Positions 58,007-64,000 of a DNA stretch of 64,000 nt are shown here, piece after piece. The stretch covers positions 32,149 to 96,148 of the forward strand of contig JBLICC010000001.1 of the NCBI GenBank assembly GCA_047631715.1, in the 5' to 3' direction. The translations under genes and the position numbers were made by a program. The notes under the pieces were generated by a model that was not told where the DNA came from, did no database searches, and saw only the letters and a program-made list of their open reading frames with translations. How positions within the stretch are numbered: position 1 is the first letter of the stretch; the number at the start of each line of letters is the position of its first letter. The stretch is from Alteromonas naphthalenivorans. Its GTDB lineage: Bacteria > Babelota > Babeliae > Babelales > CAIQNR01.

Positions 58007-58549
58007 ATGAAGAAGTTAACATTAGTAGTATTGATTCTAGGATTAGTAAGTGCAGTTGGATTGCAAGCTGATTGGAGAGATTTTTTGAGTATAACACAAT
58101 CAAAACAAAGTAATTCTTCGGAAGATTTTGACAAGAGTATGGTTAAGTATATTAAAGATGGTGATGAGAGTGCTGTTAAGGATTATTACACTAAGCATAA
58201 AGACCAAATACAATTGATTATTATGGCAGAAAATAAAGATGGTAAAACAATTAACTATTCTCCATTTATTGTAGCTGCTATGTATGATCAACCAAAAATT
58301 ATGACAGTTCTTTATAAGATTAATCCAAATGTTATTCATGATATTACGTATGGTGGAGGAACTCCGTTTGCAGAAGCTGCGTGGTATAATGCAATAGGTG
58401 CTTTAAAGTGGTTTAAAGAAGCGGGTCACAAATTTGAACACTATCTTAATAAACCAGATAAATTTGAAAACACACCAATTAAAGAAGCGATCGAAGCAGG
58501 TTCAAAAGCTGCAGAAAAATGGCTTATTAAGAATGGTGCGAAACAGTAA
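58007..58549 (+). CDS. Secreted ankyrin-repeat protein
   Basis: Signal peptide. SPFIVAAMY, GGTPFAEAA, NTPIKEAI...LIKNGA. Confidence 0.85.
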   Translation: MKKLTLVVLILGLVSAVGLQADWRDFLSITQSKQSNSSEDFDKSMVKYIKDGDESAVKDYYTKHKDQIQLIIMAENKDGKTINYSPFIVAAMYDQPKIMTVLYKINPNVIHDITYGGGTPFAEAAWYNAIGALKWFKEAGHKFEHYLNKPDKFENTPIKEAIEAGSKAAEKWLIKNGAKQ

Positions 58550-58569
58550 GTAATTTAAGGGAGGTTAGA

Positions 58570-60228
58570 ATGAAGAAGTTAACAATCGTAGTATTGATTC
58601 TAGGGTTAGTAAGTATAAGCAATGTATTGAGTAGACAAACAGAAGTACAAGCAATACAAGCGAGTATTGTTAATGATATTGTATCAGGCAATCTTTCTTC
58701 TATTAAAAGTCGTATAAATTCTGGCAATGTGAATATCGTTCTTAATGATAATAAATGGACTCCTTTTATTGTAGCTGCGGCATATGGTCAAATTCCTATT
58801 ATGGACTATCTCTATAAGCAAAATCCTAAAGATTGTATTACGCAAACTACTAAGGATGGCGGAACACCATTTATGGAAGCTGCACGGAATAATAAAGTTA
58901 AAGTTTTAGAGTGGTTTAAGAAGTACAAATTACTTAAGCGATTTATTAATAAGGCTGATACTCAGTTTGGCAATACTGCATTAATGGAAGTTGCTTATGC
59001 TTATCCTAAAGCAAAAGATGCAAAGGCATGGTTGTTGCGTAATAAAGCAGATATTACTTTAAAAAATAAAGCTAGTTTAACTGAGCAAGAAATAGAGGAG
59101 TCAGTAGCAAAGCTGCCAATAACAAAAAAAACATCAAAGAAATCTGTATTTACTGAAGAGGATAGATTTAATAATTTTTTTGGACCAGGAATTTTTAAAG
59201 ATCCTAAAACTAAAAAAGTTAATAATCAAGCTAAGATGTTATTTAAAAGTGTATTTGATGGAGACTTGTCTGTGGTTAATAACGCAAATTCAAAAACAAA
59301 AAATGTAGCAGGAAGTAATTTGCTAGCATCTGCTCTTTTGAGTGGGAACATAGCAAATGTAGAAAATCTTATGAAGGAATATAATCTTAAATCAGATTAT
59401 AATATACATTTTTCTAATTTAAATATTAATGGCGGTATATTTAAAAATGGCCTTCTATTCGCTGCTATTGCTAGTGCTCAACCTAAAGCTTCTCTTGTGT
59501 GGGCAGTAAAAAAACAAAAATTAAAATTGGACGTTTCTGGGATTAATGGTCCATGGTTAATAGGACAAGCTGCTTCGGGAAATAATTTTGAAACAATACG
59601 GTATTTACAAGTAAAGGGAGCAGGTATTAATGTTCCTTGTGATCAATATAGACGAACAATATTACAAATAAGTGTAGAAGTTGGATTGGTTGATCCTGTA
59701 ATTTTATTAATTAAAGCAGGAGCAGATATTAATGCACAAAATGCAAGTGGATGGACTTCTTTGATGTATGCAAGTGCTAAAGGGCATACAGATATAGTAA
59801 ATGTTCTTCTTGAACATGGTGCAAATGTGAATCATGTTTCAACAGTAAAAAATGGAAAAAGAACGGCTTTGATGATTGCTGTTGAATATGGTCATACAGA
59901 TGTTGTGCAAGCATTATTAACATATAGTAAAAAATGTAAGAATAAAAAAACATGCTATGTAGATATTAATGCACAAGATGCAAATGGATGGACTTCTTTA
60001 ATAAAGGCATCTTTTTACGGGCATATAGATATAGTAAAAATATTACTTGCTCATGGAGCAGATGTGAGTCATGTTTCAACAGTAAAAAATGGAAAACAAT
60101 CTGCTTTATCAATTGTTAAAAAATATAAACCACATTTAGTACCAATTATCGAAGCTGCGATAAAAAAACAAGCAGCACAACAAGCGGTTAATACTATAAA
60201 AAATGCTGTTGCTGGTGAAGTATATTAA
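58570..60228 (+). CDS. Secreted ankyrin-repeat protein
   Basis: Signal peptide. Multiple ankyrin repeats (GADINAQNASGWTSLMYA, GHTDIVNVLLEHGANVN) and an internal recent duplication. Confidence 0.92.
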   Translation: MKKLTIVVLILGLVSISNVLSRQTEVQAIQASIVNDIVSGNLSSIKSRINSGNVNIVLNDNKWTPFIVAAAYGQIPIMDYLYKQNPKDCITQTTKDGGTPFMEAARNNKVKVLEWFKKYKLLKRFINKADTQFGNTALMEVAYAYPKAKDAKAWLLRNKADITLKNKASLTEQEIEESVAKLPITKKTSKKSVFTEEDRFNNFFGPGIFKDPKTKKVNNQAKMLFKSVFDGDLSVVNNANSKTKNVAGSNLLASALLSGNIANVENLMKEYNLKSDYNIHFSNLNINGGIFKNGLLFAAIASAQPKASLVWAVKKQKLKLDVSGINGPWLIGQAASGNNFETIRYLQVKGAGINVPCDQYRRTILQISVEVGLVDPVILLIKAGADINAQNASGWTSLMYASAKGHTDIVNVLLEHGANVNHVSTVKNGKRTALMIAVEYGHTDVVQALLTYSKKCKNKKTCYVDINAQDANGWTSLIKASFYGHIDIVKILLAHGADVSHVSTVKNGKQSALSIVKKYKPHLVPIIEAAIKKQAAQQAVNTIKNAVAGEVY

Positions 60229-60255
60229 AAATAGTTTCTAAAAATGGAGAGAGAT

Positions 60256-60723
60256 ATGAAGAAAGTAATTATAGCATTATTGGTTCTAGGCTTGATGAGT
60301 ACCGTTGGATTACAAGCAAGTTATTTTTATAATTCAGTGATCCATCATATAGAAAGAGCACGTGTGAGTGAGCCGCAGAATATACCATTTATTGTGGCTG
60401 CACAGAAAGGTGACATGGGATTTATGCGAAATATGCTTAATAAAGTTCCAAAAGAACATAAAAATTTATTTATTAATATGCACGATAAAAATGGAGAATC
60501 TCCATTAATGCATGCAGTAGTTCGTGGTCAAAGAGAAGTGGTCTCATGGTTAATAAACCATGGTGCTGATTTAACCAAAACAAATAATGTATCAGTTAAC
60601 GCTCTTGAGGCTGTAGCAGAAATTATTGCTGCAAATAGAGAAAAAATTTATTCATACACTAATGATAAAAAACAAACTCATGATTTTGAAGAAAAAGTTA
60701 TTGCCAACGCATTTAGGCACTAA
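60256..60723 (+). CDS. Secreted ankyrin-repeat protein
   Basis: Signal peptide; DKNGESPLMHAV...LINHGADL. Confidence 0.85.
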   Translation: MKKVIIALLVLGLMSTVGLQASYFYNSVIHHIERARVSEPQNIPFIVAAQKGDMGFMRNMLNKVPKEHKNLFINMHDKNGESPLMHAVVRGQREVVSWLINHGADLTKTNNVSVNALEAVAEIIAANREKIYSYTNDKKQTHDFEEKVIANAFRH

Positions 60724-60732
60724 GGGGGTGTT

Positions 60733-61320
60733 ATGAAGAAATGTTTAGTAGTTATAGCGTTGTGTATGGCTAGCTTATTACAAGCAGATGCACATTATGA
60801 AATAGCGTTAGTACAAAAATTACTAAAAGAAGCACCAGATAAAAAAACATTTTTACAGTTAATTGCACAAAAACCTCAAGAGGGCAAAAGTGTACTTGCT
60901 CATGCTCAAGAAAAAAGCCCACGTTTAGAAGCTGCACTTGAACGTTATAGAACGTCACTTACTTTTACTGATCAAGGTTTGCAAGATAAATTATCTGAGT
61001 TGCTTTTAGAGCAAGAACTGCTTTCTGCACTTAAAGCAAAAGATTTAAATGGAACACTTAATGCTGTTAAAAACGGTGCAGACATTAATACTGCTTTAGA
61101 GGGTGGTCAGACACCTTTGATTCTTGCTGTTGTACATTCTGATCAATCAGCGGTTAAAGAGCTTTTGAGTCGTGGTGCAAAAAAGCATCTTAAAGCAGAT
61201 TTTGTTCTTAATGATGCTAACGGTAAAAGCCATCATGAACATATGAGTGCTCTAGAATTTGCACAACATATGGGGTACAAGTTGATTGCAAAGATCTTAC
61301 AGAAAGCTTCTTCTCTTTAA
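60733..61320 (+). CDS. Secreted ankyrin-repeat protein
   Basis: Signal peptide; NGADIN, GQTPLILAV, LLSRGA. Confidence 0.85.
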   Translation: MKKCLVVIALCMASLLQADAHYEIALVQKLLKEAPDKKTFLQLIAQKPQEGKSVLAHAQEKSPRLEAALERYRTSLTFTDQGLQDKLSELLLEQELLSALKAKDLNGTLNAVKNGADINTALEGGQTPLILAVVHSDQSAVKELLSRGAKKHLKADFVLNDANGKSHHEHMSALEFAQHMGYKLIAKILQKASSL

Positions 61321-61345
61321 ATTTTAATACATACACATTACAAAC

Positions 61346-61388
61346 GAGTCATCCTGAGTGGCCACCGTTAGGTGGTTGTATCGAAGGG
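61346..61388 (+). repeat. REP-like palindromic element
   Basis: GAGTCATCCTGAGT-GGCCACC GTTA GGTGGTT-GTATCGAAGGG. Confidence 0.85.
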
Positions 61389-61457
61389 TGCATAAGAACT
61401 ATTTTCTTTTCCATTGGGTAAGTAAATAGTATTTCTAAGTAATTTATGTATGTATTT

Positions 61458-62708
61458 TTAAGCGCTTTTTAAAAATTCAAATTCTTTAAACATACTGTCG
61501 ATAACCGTTATTTTTTGTTCGGGCAATAATGCGTTATCGCTTATTTGCGCCAAGTAACTGGTATAAATTTCGCGGTCTTGTGTTGGGATACGGTGTGTAT
61601 AATCTTGAAGTTGCGAAATCCAGTAAATGCTCATGCCTTGTGTATAAAACGAAGGTGTTTGTTTATATCGATCTTTATTCAATTGTAATTGTAGTTTAAT
61701 AAGCAGTTTTTTTATCGGTGTATTAACATAGTTTTTTATGTGACTAGCGCTATAAGAACGTATGCCTTTAAAGAGTGCATATGATCCAACCATCGCTGGA
61801 ACAGCCGCCATAAATTCAACCGTAAGATTCATCTTGTCAGACATCTGATTAATAGTATTTGTAGCAAGCATTTTTTCGAGTCGTAACTGTTGCGCAAACA
61901 GAATACCACTGTTTCCAAGCATTTTGACTGTTCTTGCAGTACTAAATGGATGCCAAGATTGTATATCAGAGATAGATTGTTTTGCAGAGAATGTAAGAAT
62001 GTCATCTAAAAATGCGAGTTTATCTTGTTGGTCAACTTCATTAAGAGGAACGTTTTGGGGGATATGTCTGTTTACAATAACCGTAATAGTATCGTTATCT
62101 TGAGCTTCTGTAATAAAAGTATCTAGGTCCTGATCAAAACGATTAAGTGCTTCTTGTGTATTTTGTACAAGTAGAGTTTGGGGATTATGATTATTAGTTA
62201 AAATATTGTACATGTTAACAACGGGTTCTTTAATATGCTCGGTGTATAGATTTTTGATTAAATGATTTCCGTTTTGATCGTAGCCATGTTGTGAAATTAC
62301 ATAAGCACCTCCAATAAGGGCTGCGCTAGAAAGTACATAATTTGTCCAATGCCGTCGAATATGGCAGGGAGGAGCGTAATTATTAAGATCTTGGGTGCAT
62401 TCAAAAAGAAGGGTATCTCTATCTTGTTGGTTTATAGAGATATTTTTTGTATTGAGTAATCCTAAGTATGAGATTAGATTTTTTTGAGTTTTAGCTAATT
62501 GAGCACAATTATGAGTGATTCTTGTTTGTGAAGATTTTCTTGACCAAAGCCATGTATTTTTGAGTTTTCTCCAGCTAGTAAGGGCTAGGTCAGTTTTTTT
62601 AAGAAAAGTAACGATATCTTTGCTTGGTTGATTATGAGCTGCGTTAAGAGAAGAGAATGTTATGCAAAAAGCCAAAATAAGCTTATTTGATTTAAAATAG
62701 TTTTTCAT
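61458..62708 (-). CDS. Secreted NCA2/DGS1-like protein
   Basis: Signal peptide. The order RHWTNY, EHIKEP, VQNTQEALNR, QQLRLE..A...I.Q, AAVPA follows the motif order of eukaryotic NCA2/DGS1. Confidence 0.55.
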   Translation of the reverse strand: MKNYFKSNKLILAFCITFSSLNAAHNQPSKDIVTFLKKTDLALTSWRKLKNTWLWSRKSSQTRITHNCAQLAKTQKNLISYLGLLNTKNISINQQDRDTLLFECTQDLNNYAPPCHIRRHWTNYVLSSAALIGGAYVISQHGYDQNGNHLIKNLYTEHIKEPVVNMYNILTNNHNPQTLLVQNTQEALNRFDQDLDTFITEAQDNDTITVIVNRHIPQNVPLNEVDQQDKLAFLDDILTFSAKQSISDIQSWHPFSTARTVKMLGNSGILFAQQLRLEKMLATNTINQMSDKMNLTVEFMAAVPAMVGSYALFKGIRSYSASHIKNYVNTPIKKLLIKLQLQLNKDRYKQTPSFYTQGMSIYWISQLQDYTHRIPTQDREIYTSYLAQISDNALLPEQKITVIDSMFKEFEFLKSA

Positions 62709-62868
62709 AAAAGACCTCCACGTTATCTAAAAAACAGTTATTAAAGATGCTTTAGGCTATCTCATATCTAAGAAAAGTTCAATAAAAGCAAGACAAAAAG
62801 GCTATTGTCTGGTACCCTTTTAATTCTTGGATAACTATTTAAATAAGCTTCAATGCAAGGATATAAGC

Positions 62869-63333
62869 ATGGCAGCACAAGTAACTGAGTTTGAGCGATA
62901 CGCTATTTTCTCAACCGGTGGCAAGCAATATCAAGCTATCGAGGGAAAAACAATTGCGGTAGAAAAGCTTCCTGGAGAAGCTGGTACTCCCGTTGAATTT
63001 AGCGATGTTCACTTTCGCAAGCTCGCTGACGATGAATTCGAAATCGGTCAGCCGACGCTCACAGGTGCAATTAAGGCCTCTATTGTTAAACAAACAAAAG
63101 GACCTAAATTAATCATCTTTAGATTTAAACGTCGTAAAAAGTCTCGTGTCAAAAAAGGTCACAGACAAAAATTAACTGTTATTCGTATTGATTATTTAGG
63201 AGTAGGACCTGTACCAATAAAGGTTGAAACTAAAAATGTTGATCCGGTAAATGTTGAAGTTAAGGCTGTAGTAAAAAAAACTGCACCTAAGAAAGCTGCT
63301 CCTAAAAAAGCGGAAGCAAAATCAGCTGAATAA
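62869..63333 (+). CDS. rplU: 50S ribosomal protein L21 with a Lys/Ala-rich tail
   Basis: YAIFSTGGKQY and KRRKKSRVKKGHRQ. Start MAAQ after RBS AAGGA. Confidence 0.95.
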   Translation: MAAQVTEFERYAIFSTGGKQYQAIEGKTIAVEKLPGEAGTPVEFSDVHFRKLADDEFEIGQPTLTGAIKASIVKQTKGPKLIIFRFKRRKKSRVKKGHRQKLTVIRIDYLGVGPVPIKVETKNVDPVNVEVKAVVKKTAPKKAAPKKAEAKSAE

Positions 63334-63342
63334 GTTGATCTT

Positions 63343-63384
63343 GAGTCATCCTGAGTAATTTCGAAAGAAATTGTATCGAAGGAT
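63343..63384 (+). repeat. REP-like palindromic element
   Basis: GAGTCATCCTGAGT-AATTTC GAAA GAAATT-GTATCGAAGGAT, starting 10 nt after the rplU stop. Confidence 0.85.
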
Positions 63385-63392
63385 AAAAATTT

Positions 63393-63425
63393 AAAAGCAC
63401 TGTTGTAAAACGGTGCTTTTTTTTT
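63393..63425. terminator. Intrinsic terminator, probably bidirectional
   Basis: AAAAGCACTGTT-GTA-AAACGGTGCTTTTTTTTT between convergent genes. Confidence 0.8.
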
Positions 63426-63427
63426 GT

Positions 63428-64000
63428 TTAAAATGCAGCTATCATGCCACCAGCTATAATAAGTACAGTTGCAACTTTTTGAGGAAGTAATATTTTTTCT
63501 TTTAAAACTATAAAAGAAAACAATAATGTGAGTGGAATAGAAAGTTGATTAAGAGCCATGAGTATTGCTTTATTTGAAGTATGTTCAAATGCATAAAAAT
63601 ATAAACAAAGGAATGTAAAGAACGATGCACTTGTATAGCAGCATGTTAAAAAATCTTTTTTTATATGGCTTGTAATAGTAGTTAAGCAAAAATTTTCTTT
63701 ATATATGATACATAAAATACAAAAAACTATGATAAAAGGAGATGCTCCTATCATAAAATTAAGAGGTTCTTCCCAGTGTAAATGCATTAAAGGGAAATGG
63801 GTAAAAGTGTTGTGTATAAAATGATGAATAGAAACTGTTTTTTGAGTATGTTGTGAGCCTATAAAGACAGTTAGCTTAGTACACATAACAATAATTGATT
63901 CTATCATGCCAAATAAATAAAGAAGAAAAGGTAGCGTTAGTAATGGTTTAATGATGTTGGGATAAGTGAATTTTTTAAATCCAGATATGAGGCATCCTAA
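63428..64000 (-). CDS. EamA/DMT-family transporter (3' part, start outside the window)
   Basis: The frame stays open to the window edge. Hydrophobic helices ending QLSIPLTLLFSFIVLKEKI...LIIAGG. Confidence 0.75.
   Translation of the reverse strand, partial: LGCLISGFKKFTYPNIIKPLLTLPFLLYLFGMIESIIVMCTKLTVFIGSQHTQKTVSIHHFIHNTFTHFPLMHLHWEEPLNFMIGASPFIIVFCILCIIYKENFCLTTITSHIKKDFLTCCYTSASFFTFLCLYFYAFEHTSNKAILMALNQLSIPLTLLFSFIVLKEKILLPQKVATVLIIAGGMIAAF

Noticed and set aside
1099..63093. Numerous 60-190 aa ORFs overlapping or antisense to long genes (e.g. 21629-22039, 27547-28107, 39307-39726, 55255-55635)
   Set aside because: These are shadow ORFs caused by codon bias of the real genes. They have no RBS or recognisable motifs.
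46099..63384. CRISPR array or integron attC cassettes
   Set aside because: The copies are dispersed and in both orientations, with no regular spacers. There is no cas or integrase gene and no GTTRRRY/RYYYAAC ends.

Overview
AT-rich bacterial chromosome segment using the standard genetic code. The many short 'MKK..' Sec-signal ORFans, signal-peptide-bearing ankyrin proteins and eukaryote- or virus-like genes suggest an intracellular parasite of protists, most plausibly Candidatus Dependentiae/Babelota (TM6). That assignment is an inference. Housekeeping genes (brnQ, ppsA, galU, pheS, dnaE, yebC, ruvB, pyrD-like, rodA, uvrA, dtd, rluB-like, mutS, rplU) and three tRNAs (Phe, Pro, His) are interleaved with secreted proteins. 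The main feature is a co-oriented 22 kb locus (13526-35787, minus strand) of 11 signal-peptide genes. It holds eight right-handed beta-helix proteins that share N-terminal motifs and a C-terminal motif, one AlgE-like outer-membrane beta-barrel, and two proteins built from phage/giant-virus-type virion domains. I propose it as a candidate surface-fibre or coat assembly/export system. Other observations: a REP-like palindromic repeat family with a kink-turn-like core, one copy of which lies in frame inside mutS; a MITE-like element; a Val/Ile/Met-rich leader ORF before brnQ; divergent MVL-like and CVNH-like lectin genes; an NCA2/DGS1-like secreted protein; a stand-alone AsnRS-like enzyme; a DHODH with a signal peptide; and a UvrA lacking its insertion domain. 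All family assignments come from motif recognition by eye, with no database searches.
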